A DNA stretch of 64,000 nt from an uncultured Gammaproteobacteria bacterium (GCA_964474445.1 CAYYSJ010000001.1:206530-270529); one strand, 5' to 3'. Positions 29,584 through 40,687 are shown, numbered from the stretch's first letter. Program-made: numbers and translations. The notes: generated by a model not told the origin, from the letters alone.

Positions 29584-30308
29584 AGTTTGCCTCTCACGAG
29601 GAAAGAGTGAAAACTCATCAGTATAGCCAATATAAATCCTATTGTACCATCTTGAAAGCCTTTTTTGAGAATATAATTTTGTAAAAATTTTACTTTAGGA
29701 TACAAAATAATGTGGTACCAGCTTACTTTTATTCCCTCTTTATAAAGTTCTTGTGCTCGAAGGGTTGTATACCAGTTAATTTCTGAAAGAAATTCACTAA
29801 GTGTTGGATGAGGATAGTGATAAAGTGAGTGTTGCAAATAGCCTATTTTCCCTTTTACCAGCCACCTTTCATGAACTTTTCCTTCCCAAATTCCTGCATT
29901 TTTTCGCGCCAAACGCAGAAGCTGTAGGTTTCCACTTTCTCCATGCTTAATTTCCTTTCCCCACAATATATCCCGTCTCAGCAGAAAAAATCCTTGGTAT
30001 GTGCTTTCTGGATTATGGATATGGTGAAGTATTTCTTTATGCAGTGGGGATGACACTACTTCATCGGCATCGATAAAGAGCACCCAATCACCCGTAGCCT
30101 GCTGCAAAGCAACATTGCGTTGTTGGGAAAAGTCATTCTCCAAAGCATGGAGTATAACTTTTGCTCCTAACTTTTTTGCAATATCTCCTGTTTGATCAGT
30201 AGATTCATCATCAATAACAAGAATTTCATCACTCCAACTCACTGACTTGAGGCATTTTTCAATCGTCTTCTCAGCATTTTTTGCAAGAATAATTGTTGTC
30301 AGAGCCAT
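29559..30308 (-). CDS. GT2 glycosyltransferase (KdtX/beta-1,4-glucosyltransferase-like)
   Basis: DDESTDQT, FSQQRN, IDADE, VHE. Confidence 0.9.
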   Translation of the reverse strand: MALTTIILAKNAEKTIEKCLKSVSWSDEILVIDDESTDQTGDIAKKLGAKVILHALENDFSQQRNVALQQATGDWVLFIDADEVVSSPLHKEILHHIHNPESTYQGFFLLRRDILWGKEIKHGESGNLQLLRLARKNAGIWEGKVHERWLVKGKIGYLQHSLYHYPHPTLSEFLSEINWYTTLRAQELYKEGIKVSWYHIILYPKVKFLQNYILKKGFQDGTIGFILAILMSFHSFLVRGKLWQLQKNK

Positions 30309-30333
30309 AATCTGATTCTAATGGAAAAACCGC

Positions 30334-31170
30334 TTAGAAAGCAAATTTCCATGCTGATAACGCCTCCAACGTTTGTTTAGGATTTGCTTTGAAAAACAAC
30401 ACTGTTTGAATAAAGATAAAGAGTATGTTCGGTGTTCTGAAAATGCCATGATTGTATTTCTTGCCAAAAAGCAACGCACTTCGTAATTGATGGTAGACAG
30501 AGAGTGCAGATAGTTTGCCGGCAGATTTACTCAATTCATGGTATATATTCACAGAGGAAGCAACGTCTACAAGAAATCCTTTTTGTTTTGCTCTCAAACA
30601 AAAATCTACATCCTCATAATACAGGAAAAACCTTTCATCAAATAACCCTGTCTTTTCAAAAACTTCTCTTTTAATAAGCATGCAACATCCCGAAACATAC
30701 TCTATGTTTTTTACTGGAGAGGCAGAAGGAGTTGCCACTTCTGTATGATACGTCCGACCAAATGGCATAATAACATGTCCTCCAAGGTCAAATAGTGTTT
30801 GACCTTTCTTTTTGAATTCGATAACAGGCGCCACAATACCTACTCGTTTTTCTTTCTGAAGTGTTTTCACTAATGTTGGAAGCATTGGTCTTGTGATAAT
30901 TGTGTCGTTATTTAACAGCAAGATTGCATCTGCTTTTTGGGAGAGTGCATATCGGATACCCACATTCACTCCTCCTGCAAATCCTAAATTGTTCTTGTTA
31001 TTAATGATCGTCGTATGTTTCTGGGGAAAATCTTTTTTTGTTAAAGGATCACTCATATTATTGACAATAAGAAGAGAAAATGGATAGTTTTCTCTTTCAA
31101 AAAGACTTTCCACGCATTTTTGCGTTACAGACAGTTCTCCATAATGGAGGATGACAATTGTTATTTTCAT
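30334..31170 (-). CDS. GT2 glycosyltransferase (rhamnosyltransferase-like)
   Basis: NLGFAGGVNVG, LLNNDT, FDERFFLYYEDVD. Confidence 0.9.
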   Translation of the reverse strand: MKITIVILHYGELSVTQKCVESLFERENYPFSLLIVNNMSDPLTKKDFPQKHTTIINNKNNLGFAGGVNVGIRYALSQKADAILLLNNDTIITRPMLPTLVKTLQKEKRVGIVAPVIEFKKKGQTLFDLGGHVIMPFGRTYHTEVATPSASPVKNIEYVSGCCMLIKREVFEKTGLFDERFFLYYEDVDFCLRAKQKGFLVDVASSVNIYHELSKSAGKLSALSVYHQLRSALLFGKKYNHGIFRTPNILFIFIQTVLFFKANPKQTLEALSAWKFAF

Positions 31171-31171
31171 A

Positions 31172-32803
31172 TTAAAATACTAAAAATGAGTCACTAATGA
31201 TTGCTTTTGGATTTTTATACTCAGGTAATGCATTATATTTGCATATATACCAATTACTAATACTGATGACTGTTATTCTTTTTGCTGATGGGGGATATGG
31301 AATAACATGAAAAGCACAAATCTCATCAGAGCGAAAACTTCCATATGGCTTATCACTTTTTAGCCCATACAAATCACCATTATCCCTTCCATAATACGAA
31401 AAGTTGAGGGTACCTATATTGTTTTTCTTAGCATAGTCATAGACGTCTGGTAAACTTTGTCCCCAGTCAAGATTTGCATCTTGAAAAAGCAAATACAGCT
31501 TGTTTTTAGGACCTGCCAATTCGTTTGCATATGAAAGAAAATGAGGAAATGCAAAACATACCTGGACTATCTGCCAAAGTAATAAAAGACCCAGAAAGGT
31601 TAGTGTTAAAAATCGTTTTGTTTTTATTAGTTCAACACTTTTTGCAGCAACAATAACCAAAAAGGGGTACGCAGGAAGCATATAGCGATTCAATGGGAAC
31701 GTGCCACTTCGCAATGCTTCAAAAATAACAACAACAATAGGAATCAGTATATACAGCTCTTCTTTCTTTTTCTTTTGCTTAACCAAAAGTACTAATCCAA
31801 CGAGAGAGAGGAGTAACAAAGGAAGTGGAGTTTTAAGAGCAAATGTTGCTGGCATAAAAAACCACTTACATTCTAAATAGTAGGTCCCTAAAAAGAAACA
31901 CGTGTAATGATCATTTGTTGTCGTGTAATTGATTTTTGCAACTGCAATATTTTTATATAGGCCAATATAATCCCCTAAGGGAATTTTTACCGTTTTTCCC
32001 ATCATCACGAGGTTAGTAAGATATTGATTGTGGTGCTCTTTAGCAATCCGAAGTAATCTCTCTGAGAATCGGTTGCTATCTTGTCGCTGTTTAACAATTG
32101 TTTGCCAATGATAGAAATATGTCGTCCAAATAACAAAAAGCGCTATCCCAATTGTTAACACAATAAATTTCTTTTGTTGCCATACCCACCGGAACGTATC
32201 CCACTTTTTTATATAAAGTAAGACCAAAAGGGAGGAAAATACATAAAAGTCAGCAAAAGAAATTTTTGTTGCAAAACCAAGACCCAATACTATTGAAAAC
32301 AAGATATAGAGCTTTTTTGTTGGATGATTTAGTAATTGGATAAAAAGGATGTAGCAAAGAAAAATCAAAACTGTGACGACCATATCAGTATTGACAACAT
32401 GAGACATCGCAAGAACATTTGGCTCAAAAGCAAGAAGTGTCACGGCAAGGAGTGCACGTGTTTGGCCAAAATATGTTTTGGTTACAAAAAACACCAGCAA
32501 CAAAAGGCTTACTCCAAAAGCAATAACAACTAAACGCGCAATATTTTTCTCCTGCACTTGATTAAGAGGAATATGCAACACATTCTCTGTAAATACTATT
32601 GGAGCAACTTGTACATCTTTTGCAAACGGGGGATGAAATGGCTCGATATCAAATGTGTGATGAAGCCAGGCATTCTTCCCTTCTTGAATAGTAACGACCT
32701 CATCAAATGTTAGTGATTCTTTCAAAGAAGAAAAAACTGATAGGGATATAAATATTCCTATACTAAAAACTAGGAAAAATTTTAAAAATTTTTCATATTT
32801 CAT
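31172..32803 (-). CDS. GT-C (ArnT/PMT-like) glycosyltransferase
   Basis: TFDE, HPP, NTD, RY.LP, NLDWGQ; multi-TM. Confidence 0.85.
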   Translation of the reverse strand: MKYEKFLKFFLVFSIGIFISLSVFSSLKESLTFDEVVTIQEGKNAWLHHTFDIEPFHPPFAKDVQVAPIVFTENVLHIPLNQVQEKNIARLVVIAFGVSLLLLVFFVTKTYFGQTRALLAVTLLAFEPNVLAMSHVVNTDMVVTVLIFLCYILFIQLLNHPTKKLYILFSIVLGLGFATKISFADFYVFSSLLVLLYIKKWDTFRWVWQQKKFIVLTIGIALFVIWTTYFYHWQTIVKQRQDSNRFSERLLRIAKEHHNQYLTNLVMMGKTVKIPLGDYIGLYKNIAVAKINYTTTNDHYTCFFLGTYYLECKWFFMPATFALKTPLPLLLLSLVGLVLLVKQKKKKEELYILIPIVVVIFEALRSGTFPLNRYMLPAYPFLVIVAAKSVELIKTKRFLTLTFLGLLLLWQIVQVCFAFPHFLSYANELAGPKNKLYLLFQDANLDWGQSLPDVYDYAKKNNIGTLNFSYYGRDNGDLYGLKSDKPYGSFRSDEICAFHVIPYPPSAKRITVISISNWYICKYNALPEYKNPKAIISDSFLVF

Positions 32804-33936
32804 AACAATGATTGGTAGAGATCAGCCATTTTTTTTGAAAGAACTTTTGTACTATGGACTTTCTCTGCCCTTTCTCGTGCTTTTTTCCCAAAGGATAGTC
32901 TTTTTTGCGAGGACAAAAGAAAGTCCTTGATGGCTTCTTTGAGTGAATAAAAATCTCCCGGCCCTACGATAATACCTGCATCCTCAATATTTTCTGGTAT
33001 TCCCCCACTAAAGGTAGTAATAATAGGAAGACCCGTTGCCTGTGCTTCAAGGAGTGCTGTACAGTATTGTTCTTGATAGGTATTTGTCGGCTTGCTTGGC
33101 GCCAAAAAAAGGTCTGCTTTCCTATATTCTTCAGGCATCTTCTCATAGGAAACTTGTTTATGCTCGATAAACCGCTCAATCTGCAATTTTTTTTCTAAAG
33201 AAAACATCTGTTCTTTCTCAGATCCATTTCCAACAAAAAGAAATCGTAGTGTATACTCTTTCAAATCTTTATCCATGGTTAACAACTTGATTGCATAGAG
33301 AATTTCGTAAACCCCTTTATAGATTTCAAGTCTCCCGCTGAATAGTATGGTAAAATCTTTTTTCAATGATCCGATGGTTTTAAAAAAGTTTCTCTCCGGA
33401 TAAAATACATCGGTATTTATTGCATGACTAATAACCGTTATTTTTCTCTCCTCTGCTCCCTCCAGAAGTAACGTTTCTTTTGTTCTTTGTGTGAGTGCGA
33501 TGATATGATCCAAATTTTCCCGAGCATTTTTCTTAAAAACCTTTCTTCCCCAGATTCCTTCATTATTAAATGGAATATTTTCCAGTACAGTTGCGATAAC
33601 TTTTTTAACGTACCCTTTTTTCTTTGCAGCAAGTGCTTGCTGGGTATAGTGATAATACGTTTCGGCACTATGGACAAGATCAAACCCTTTTAACTTCTCC
33701 TCTAAACCGTAGAGATAGTGAGCATCAGTAAAAATTCTGTTGAGGATCGGCATTTTTTTAGGAAACTCAGGCAAATCCATTGGACTGGGTAATTTCACAA
33801 CAGGGAAGGTAAAGGTGTCATGGTATGGAGTCGACGATGCAAAAGCTGTTATGTCAAATCTATCAACAAGAGGCTCAAAGAGCTGCATCTCATATGCATT
33901 CAGAAATTTACCCCTCACTACAGCCACTTTTCCCAT
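32800..33936 (-). CDS. GT4 glycosyltransferase; start revised to 33936
   Basis: GRLEIYKG, EQYCTALLEAQATGLP. Confidence 0.9.
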   Translation of the reverse strand: MGKVAVVRGKFLNAYEMQLFEPLVDRFDITAFASSTPYHDTFTFPVVKLPSPMDLPEFPKKMPILNRIFTDAHYLYGLEEKLKGFDLVHSAETYYHYTQQALAAKKKGYVKKVIATVLENIPFNNEGIWGRKVFKKNARENLDHIIALTQRTKETLLLEGAEERKITVISHAINTDVFYPERNFFKTIGSLKKDFTILFSGRLEIYKGVYEILYAIKLLTMDKDLKEYTLRFLFVGNGSEKEQMFSLEKKLQIERFIEHKQVSYEKMPEEYRKADLFLAPSKPTNTYQEQYCTALLEAQATGLPIITTFSGGIPENIEDAGIIVGPGDFYSLKEAIKDFLLSSQKRLSFGKKARERAEKVHSTKVLSKKMADLYQSLL

Positions 33937-34062
33937 ACATTCTTTTGCCTTAACAGGTATAGTTATACCACAGTTAGTGCTCATATGGAATCTGTAGCCT
34001 TTCTCTATGCTATATGATAAAATCTGGTGAAGAGTAAAGCAAAAATCTGCTTTATAGGCTAT

Positions 34063-35232
34063 ATGATCCCTCTTATCAAATCCACATTCTACAATGAGAA
34101 AAAGACAAAGAAACAACTTTCTGATTTTCTGAAAAAAGCGACCATTCTTAGTCTATCAAAAGAGTGTATAACGTTTGAGAAAAAATTTGCTTCATGGCAA
34201 GGGAGAAAGCATGCCGTCGTTGTTAACTCTGGTAGTAGCGCAAATTTAGCTGTTATCCAAGCACTTCTTAACTTAGGACGATTGAAAAAAGGCGATAAAG
34301 TTGGTTTTTCTGCAGTAACATGGTCAACGAATGTTATGCCATTGATCCAATTAGGTCTAAAGCCAGTTCCAATAGATGTAGAATTGGATACTCTCAATGT
34401 CTCTTCCAAAACCCTCTTGAACGTTTTAAAAAAACAGAACATACAAGCGTTGTTTCTTACCAACCTTCTTGGTTTTTGTTCTGATATTGATGAAATAAGT
34501 ACTCTCTGTAAGAAAAAGAACATTATTCTTCTTGAAGACAATTGCGAATCACTTGGAACAGTCTACAAAGAAAAGAAATTAGGGAATTTCGGACTTGCTG
34601 CCACTTTTTCTTTTTATGTTGGGCACCATATGTCAACAATTGAAGGTGGAGCCATTTGTACAGACGATGAAGAATTAGCAACAATGCTAACAGTAGTTCG
34701 CGCACATGGGTGGGATAGAAATGTAGAACTTTCAAAACAAGCACGTTTGCGAAAACAATTTAAAATAAATTCAACATTTTACTCCCGGTATACCTTTTAT
34801 GATTTGGGATACAATCTTCGTCCAACGGAAATTTGCGGCTTCCTGGGCAATACCCAACTTCCCTATCTTCCCGAAATCATTGATATTCGTCAAAAAAATT
34901 TCCTCACGTTTACAAAAAAAATACATACCAAGACTGATACCTATTATCCACTGCGTTATGACCATTTAGATATTGTTTCTAACTTTGCTGTCCCGCTTAT
35001 TTGCAAAACAAAGAAAATAAGACAACAACTGGTTAAAAAATGTAATGGTAAAGTTGAAATCCGGCCAATTGTAGCAGGGGATATGACCAAACAACCGTTT
35101 TTCAAAAAGTACATTTCCGCTCAGTATAACCTTCCAAATGCTACCCTTATTCATGAAAATGGGTTGTATTTTGGTAATAATCCTGAGCTTACAAACAAAG
35201 AAAAAGAAACAATACTTTCTATATTTGGATAA
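34063..35232 (+). CDS. DegT/DnrJ-family PLP enzyme, ColD-like sugar 3-dehydratase; start revised to 34063
   Basis: NSGSSAN, EDNCESLG, SFYVGHHMSTIEGG (His in place of Schiff-base Lys), RAHGW, GYNLRP. Confidence 0.85.
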   Translation: MIPLIKSTFYNEKKTKKQLSDFLKKATILSLSKECITFEKKFASWQGRKHAVVVNSGSSANLAVIQALLNLGRLKKGDKVGFSAVTWSTNVMPLIQLGLKPVPIDVELDTLNVSSKTLLNVLKKQNIQALFLTNLLGFCSDIDEISTLCKKKNIILLEDNCESLGTVYKEKKLGNFGLAATFSFYVGHHMSTIEGGAICTDDEELATMLTVVRAHGWDRNVELSKQARLRKQFKINSTFYSRYTFYDLGYNLRPTEICGFLGNTQLPYLPEIIDIRQKNFLTFTKKIHTKTDTYYPLRYDHLDIVSNFAVPLICKTKKIRQQLVKKCNGKVEIRPIVAGDMTKQPFFKKYISAQYNLPNATLIHENGLYFGNNPELTNKEKETILSIFG

Positions 35233-35238
35233 CCTCTT

Positions 35239-36381
35239 ATGAAAATTCTATTTATTGATAGAGAAATCTCTTTTGTTGGCTCATGTGTCGTTACTGCTAA
35301 TGTTGCGCGAATATTAGCTCATCGCCACAGCGTAAAACTTGCAGCAATGTTTATTGCACCTGGACATCCTAATTTAGATGGCATAGAGCTTGTTGTACCC
35401 TCACAAAAAGTGCAACAATTCCTCCTCAAAAACAAACTTTTATTAACGTTCTTTGGACCTCTTGTTTTATTTCTCCTTGTTTTAAAAAATACAAATAACG
35501 TTGACGTACTTGTACCGGGAAGTACACCAACTCACTGGATTGCTGCGTTATCAGGAAAACTACTGAGGAAAAAAATAGTCTGGAATTGTTTTGAACCATG
35601 GATTGCCTTCCCATTTTCAGATATACCAAAGGTTGGAGTTGTTACATGGCTTGCAGGAATAATCGCCAAGTCATCACTTGATAAAATATTTGTTCATTTT
35701 ATTGACAAAATTTTTACTTTAGACGAAAAAAATAAAAAACGTGTTGCAAAGTACTATCAAAGAAAAGCTTCTGTTATTCACCCGGGAGTTGATTTTTCAT
35801 TTTTTTCATTGGGAAAAATTTCTTTAGCCCAAAAAAAATGGCATTTAAAAAAGGGATTTATTATTACCTGCGTTGGAACACTAAGCCCTATGAAAAATCA
35901 GGAGGTTCTTGTAGATGCGGTGAAACAACTTATTTCAGAAATTCCAGATATTCATCTTTTACTTGGTGGGGATGGTCCTTTAAAAAGGGCTCTCGAGAAG
36001 AAGGTTCTGTTATATAAACTTTCTCACCATGTTACATTTTTGGGGAAACTAGAAACCAAGGATCTCCCTCATCTTTTTGCAGGAAGTGATATTCTTGTTT
36101 TTCCGGCTCTTAACCAAACATGGGGACTTACCCCGTTTGAAGCAGCATGTGTTGGCACTCCTTCAATTGTTTCTGACGACTGTGGAGCATCTGAGGTTAT
36201 TGGGAAACAACAGATTGGTATTGTTGTCAAACCAACAGCTGATGCTATTGCTCATGCAATCATGCAACTACAAAGCAAAGAAAAAAGACAATATTTGGGG
36301 AAAAAAGCCAAAGAGTATGTAAAAAAGCATATGACATGGGAACACTATGCACAAAACATTGAAGCTTTTTTGACATCATGA
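35239..36381 (+). CDS. GT4 glycosyltransferase
   Basis: PGVD, QTWGLTPFEAACVGTP. Confidence 0.9.
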   Translation: MKILFIDREISFVGSCVVTANVARILAHRHSVKLAAMFIAPGHPNLDGIELVVPSQKVQQFLLKNKLLLTFFGPLVLFLLVLKNTNNVDVLVPGSTPTHWIAALSGKLLRKKIVWNCFEPWIAFPFSDIPKVGVVTWLAGIIAKSSLDKIFVHFIDKIFTLDEKNKKRVAKYYQRKASVIHPGVDFSFFSLGKISLAQKKWHLKKGFIITCVGTLSPMKNQEVLVDAVKQLISEIPDIHLLLGGDGPLKRALEKKVLLYKLSHHVTFLGKLETKDLPHLFAGSDILVFPALNQTWGLTPFEAACVGTPSIVSDDCGASEVIGKQQIGIVVKPTADAIAHAIMQLQSKEKRQYLGKKAKEYVKKHMTWEHYAQNIEAFLTS

Positions 36382-37544
36382 ATATCCTTATCATCCAACC
36401 ATGGATTACTAGAGGAGGCTCAGAAATCATTGCACTGCAAAGCGCTTACTCTTTAAAAAAACGGGGACATAACACCGTTATTGTAGCAGTCTCCTGTGAC
36501 TATACAAATCTGCCCCGCTATGCAAAATCACTAACTATTCTGACGGTACCTTTTGGAAAATATATACAACAACACCCCTTTCTTTTTATGCTTTTCTCCT
36601 TTCCGTTATTACTTCTTTTGACGCTTCTTCATGCAAGAAAAGCAGATATTATCCACCCACATGTCCCCCCTTCCTTATGGGTTGCAGCTATCCCTTCTCT
36701 TCTTTTTAGAAAACCAATTGTCTGGTGGTGCAATGATATCTACAACAAAGAGTACGCAAAGAATAACAAAAAAAATCTGTATGATTATCTTCTTCCCCTC
36801 CTTGTTGGAAGTTGGTTGGATAAAAAAATTGTTGGGCTTGTAAAAGAAATTATTGTCTATTCTCCTCAAACAAAAGAAGCAGTGAAAAGGTTGTATAATA
36901 GAACTGCTACTGTTATCCCCTGTGGACCTGATGAAGATTTTTTTTCTCAAACACCTAATCAAAAAAGAAAAAATACTCTGCTAAGAAAGAACTTTGTCCT
37001 CCTCTCAGTGGGAAAGCTTCATCCTCAAAAAAATAATATACTTGCATTAGAGACATTAGAGAACGTGCTGCCACAAATTCCTCACAGTATGCTTCTTTTT
37101 GCAGGGACTGGTCCAATGCAAAAGGATTTAGAAATATATGTTAAGCAACATAATCTTACGAAACATGTAACATTTTTAGGTTTTGTTTCAGAAAATGCAT
37201 TAATACAGTTGTATGCATCATCAAATGTCGTACTTTTTACAGCACGCGAGCAAAGTTGGGGACTTGTTCCTCTTGAAGCATTACTGAATGGTAGTATGCC
37301 GCTTGTGACAACAAGCGCAGCAGTTTCTAGCATACTCAAAAAACATGATATCGGCTTTGTTGCAAATGCAACAGTAGGAGATTTTTCAAATAAGCTCCTG
37401 TATATATTTAACCACAAGTTAGAAGTGAAAGAAAAAATAAAAAAAGGACAAACATATATCAGAAACACTCTTTCATGGGACAAGACAGGTATACTGCTTG
37501 AAAAAGTTTTTACCCAAGCATTCAAGAAGACTTACTTGCCCTAA
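36378..37544 (+). CDS. GT4 glycosyltransferase
   Basis: GGSE, VGKLHPQKN, QSWGLVPLEA. Confidence 0.9.
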   Translation: MNILIIQPWITRGGSEIIALQSAYSLKKRGHNTVIVAVSCDYTNLPRYAKSLTILTVPFGKYIQQHPFLFMLFSFPLLLLLTLLHARKADIIHPHVPPSLWVAAIPSLLFRKPIVWWCNDIYNKEYAKNNKKNLYDYLLPLLVGSWLDKKIVGLVKEIIVYSPQTKEAVKRLYNRTATVIPCGPDEDFFSQTPNQKRKNTLLRKNFVLLSVGKLHPQKNNILALETLENVLPQIPHSMLLFAGTGPMQKDLEIYVKQHNLTKHVTFLGFVSENALIQLYASSNVVLFTAREQSWGLVPLEALLNGSMPLVTTSAAVSSILKKHDIGFVANATVGDFSNKLLYIFNHKLEVKEKIKKGQTYIRNTLSWDKTGILLEKVFTQAFKKTYLP

Positions 37545-37584
37545 CTTGTTGAAAGAAATATAATGCACTATTGGCATTACTACT

Positions 37585-38814
37585 ATGAAAAAACATGTAC
37601 AAAAAAGGATCTTACGGATTGCTATTTTCCACCTCGCTTTTTTATATTCAGGAGGCGGTGAGAGACTTGTACTGGAAGAGGCATTGGGCTTACAAAAGTT
37701 AGGACATACGGTAGATGTTTTCTCTCCAATCATAGATACCAAACATTGTTTTCCTGAGTTACTTAAAAAAGTAAAAGTAAAATCACTGATTCCAAAACTT
37801 CCTTCTTGGGTTCCTGATGTTGAGCTTATTACTATTTTGCTTGCCTGCATTATTACTCCGTTCTTTTTTTATAAATTTCGGGAATATGATATCTATTTTG
37901 GAGCTAACCAACCGGGTCCTTGGATTGCCTATTTACTTTCAAGAATAAATAAAAAGCCATATGCAGTCTATCTTTCACAACCTACTCGACTTATTCATCC
38001 ACGACTCATTGACCAAAAGACAGGACTTAAAATTGTTGATGGGATAACAATTTTGAATATTTTTAACTTTTTCTGTAAATCTCTGATTAATTTTGCAGAC
38101 GTGAAAAGTATTACAGGTACATCGCTTGTTTTTTCAGACGGGACATACATGAAAGGCATTTTGGAAGAGGTCTATGATGTCCATACGGTAAACGCTCCAG
38201 CTGCAACTCATCTTCGTACAAAAATAAGTAAATTTACACATCGGTTTTCAGGCAACGTCCGCATTGGGAATGTTACTATTCCCAAACCATATCTTCTTGT
38301 CACAAATAGGCACTTTCCCCAGAAAAAATTTGAATACGCAATCGATGCACTACGAATGTTAGGTGATACATCATTATCCCTTGTTATCTGCGGAAAAGAA
38401 ACTTCGTATACCAAGTACTTGAAGTCAATAAATCACAATAAACGCATTTATTTTGTTGGGCTTGTTAATGAAAAAGACCTGGAAAAATTGTATGAACATA
38501 CGGCTGTTTATGTATATCCATCTCCAGAGGAAGACTTCGGGATGGGAATCGTAGAAGCAATGAGTTATTCTGTTCCAGTAGTTGCTTGGAATAATGCTGG
38601 TCCTACAGGTATTATTACCAACGGAACTGATGGGTTTTTAGCACAAGCATTCAATGCTGTTGATTTCGCAGAAAAAATTAGATATCTGCTATCAGATATA
38701 AAACTTTACAAACAATTTGCCAGTGGAGGATTCAAAACAGTAAAAAAACATTTTTCTTTTGAATCACATAATAAAACAATAGAAAGATATCTCCTGCAAC
38801 TTGTTGGCAAATAG
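37585..38814 (+). CDS. GT4 glycosyltransferase
   Basis: GGGERL, EDFGMGIVEAM. Confidence 0.9.
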   Translation: MKKHVQKRILRIAIFHLAFLYSGGGERLVLEEALGLQKLGHTVDVFSPIIDTKHCFPELLKKVKVKSLIPKLPSWVPDVELITILLACIITPFFFYKFREYDIYFGANQPGPWIAYLLSRINKKPYAVYLSQPTRLIHPRLIDQKTGLKIVDGITILNIFNFFCKSLINFADVKSITGTSLVFSDGTYMKGILEEVYDVHTVNAPAATHLRTKISKFTHRFSGNVRIGNVTIPKPYLLVTNRHFPQKKFEYAIDALRMLGDTSLSLVICGKETSYTKYLKSINHNKRIYFVGLVNEKDLEKLYEHTAVYVYPSPEEDFGMGIVEAMSYSVPVVAWNNAGPTGIITNGTDGFLAQAFNAVDFAEKIRYLLSDIKLYKQFASGGFKTVKKHFSFESHNKTIERYLLQLVGK

Positions 38815-38822
38815 GTATACGC

Positions 38823-39584
38823 TTATACCTCTTTAAGAAGAATCTGTTGTGTATAGTGGTTGAGTAATAACAGCTTGATAATACGGTGAATAAGAAAAAA
38901 ATTTCCAGGCATGTTTATTCTATTCAAAACCAATGCCATTTTAATGCCATTGGTTGTTCTAAGCAAATTTATATACTCCAATAGGTTAGGTTTTCCTTTT
39001 TTTGCATATATTATTGAACCAACCACACCTATTTCTTTATAGTTATTGCTTGTTACTATATCTTGCAAAATGACTTTTTCAGGCCCGATATGGCCACAAA
39101 ACGCATCATGGAAAGCAATAATACCATTGTCCATAACAAAAGGTGACCATAAATCATAATCTTGTTTGGTGTGTTTATAATCATGCAGTCCATCAATAAA
39201 AAGTAGCGATATAGGAGCTTTCCATTTTTTTGCTGCCTCTTCTGATGTAGCAACAACTGGTATCACCTTTTTGTTTACCCCAGCGCTTTTCAAGTTGGCT
39301 ATAAACTCTCTATAGGTTGGAGCTGATTTCCCAATACCTTTGCCTTTTGAATACTCTCCTTTATGAGGATCTATAGCAAAGACTTTTGTATTTTCGCTTC
39401 CTGATGCCAAGCAAATAGTAGATTTCCCTTTCCAACTTCCAATCTCAACAATTTCTCCTCTCTGTTTTACACCAACTATATGTGTTGCTTCCTTTGCTGC
39501 AGTATACAGAAAGTATCCTTCATGGGAGGATAGCCATCCATCAAGAGGCTTAATATAGGAAATAATTTCAGAGAAGCTTTTCAT
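38823..39584 (-). CDS. Class I SAM-dependent methyltransferase (Methyltransf_24-like)
   Basis: VEIGSWKGKST, FIDGLHDY, FHD. Confidence 0.9.
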   Translation of the reverse strand: MKSFSEIISYIKPLDGWLSSHEGYFLYTAAKEATHIVGVKQRGEIVEIGSWKGKSTICLASGSENTKVFAIDPHKGEYSKGKGIGKSAPTYREFIANLKSAGVNKKVIPVVATSEEAAKKWKAPISLLFIDGLHDYKHTKQDYDLWSPFVMDNGIIAFHDAFCGHIGPEKVILQDIVTSNNYKEIGVVGSIIYAKKGKPNLLEYINLLRTTNGIKMALVLNRINMPGNFFLIHRIIKLLLLNHYTQQILLKEV

Positions 39585-40687
39585 GCGAGATTTTCTATAG
39601 CAGAGTATATTGCTTTTGCAAATGTTTTAAAAGAGTATCTTTTACTTTGTTCTTTGCCACGTTTGCTGAGCGTTTGTCTAAATGTACTGTCTGAGGCAAT
39701 TTTTTCCAACGAGTTCGCAAGCACTTTTGTGTCATAAGGTTCAACTAACATACCAGCATTCCCAACGATTTCTGGAATCGAACCTCTGGTAGACCCTACG
39801 ACAGGGCACCCAACCGACATCGCCTCAACAAATGGTAACCCAAATCCTTCATACAGACTTGGACAGACAAAAGCGATAGCTCCTCTATAGAGTGAAGAGA
39901 GTTTTTTTGCATCTGTTACCGCTCCAAGCATACGGATATCTGACTTTATATTTGAAGGTATTGTAGTAATAACTTTGGTAATCTCGGGATCCATCCAATT
40001 TGTTCCACCAGCCATTAGCAACAACATGCGTTTTTTAGATTTCTTTCTCATTCCCATATATGCTTTTAGCAGTGTAGGAATATTTTTCCCTTTCTTAAAT
40101 GCTCCGACATACAGAAAATACGGAAACTGTTCCTTATAAGGTTTTACTTCTGGCAGTGGTACAATACCTGGGTACGCAACATGTATTTTTTCTTTTGGAG
40201 TGTTATAGAGTTCTACTAAATCATCTTTTGTTCTTTGAGAAATAGCAATAACAATGTCAGATCGTTCTGCAGTTTCCTTGCTATAAAATCGATGTTTCTG
40301 TACTGATGCTGCATATGCGTAAAGTTCTGGATATCTTTCAAAGGCAATATCATAGACTACCCCTATTGTTTTGTATCCACTCCCCGGTAGTCTCAGTGGT
40401 ACTGCTTGGTTAGCAGCAAAAAATATATCTACTCTATCTAACAACAGTCGAAAAGGAAGCCATAGTTTCATCCATCCTCGTGCTGGTCGTACGACAATAT
40501 TCTTCATGTTTTTTCCTAGTTCTCTCATGAGAGAGGCATCAATTGGATAGAAGCTGTACAGAAAATAGGTGTTTTTTGTATCTTGTTTAGAAATTTCAAG
40601 AAGAGTCTGTTTAACAATATTGTATACACCAACTTTTAATCCCTCTTCTTTAACACCAAGACATCCTGCGTCAACCCCTATTCTCAT
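39581..40687 (-). CDS. GT4 glycosyltransferase (mannosyltransferase-like); start revised to 40687
   Basis: MRIGVDA, PSLYEGFGLPFVEAM; GGAGG upstream. Confidence 0.9.
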   Translation of the reverse strand: MRIGVDAGCLGVKEEGLKVGVYNIVKQTLLEISKQDTKNTYFLYSFYPIDASLMRELGKNMKNIVVRPARGWMKLWLPFRLLLDRVDIFFAANQAVPLRLPGSGYKTIGVVYDIAFERYPELYAYAASVQKHRFYSKETAERSDIVIAISQRTKDDLVELYNTPKEKIHVAYPGIVPLPEVKPYKEQFPYFLYVGAFKKGKNIPTLLKAYMGMRKKSKKRMLLLMAGGTNWMDPEITKVITTIPSNIKSDIRMLGAVTDAKKLSSLYRGAIAFVCPSLYEGFGLPFVEAMSVGCPVVGSTRGSIPEIVGNAGMLVEPYDTKVLANSLEKIASDSTFRQTLSKRGKEQSKRYSFKTFAKAIYSAIENLA

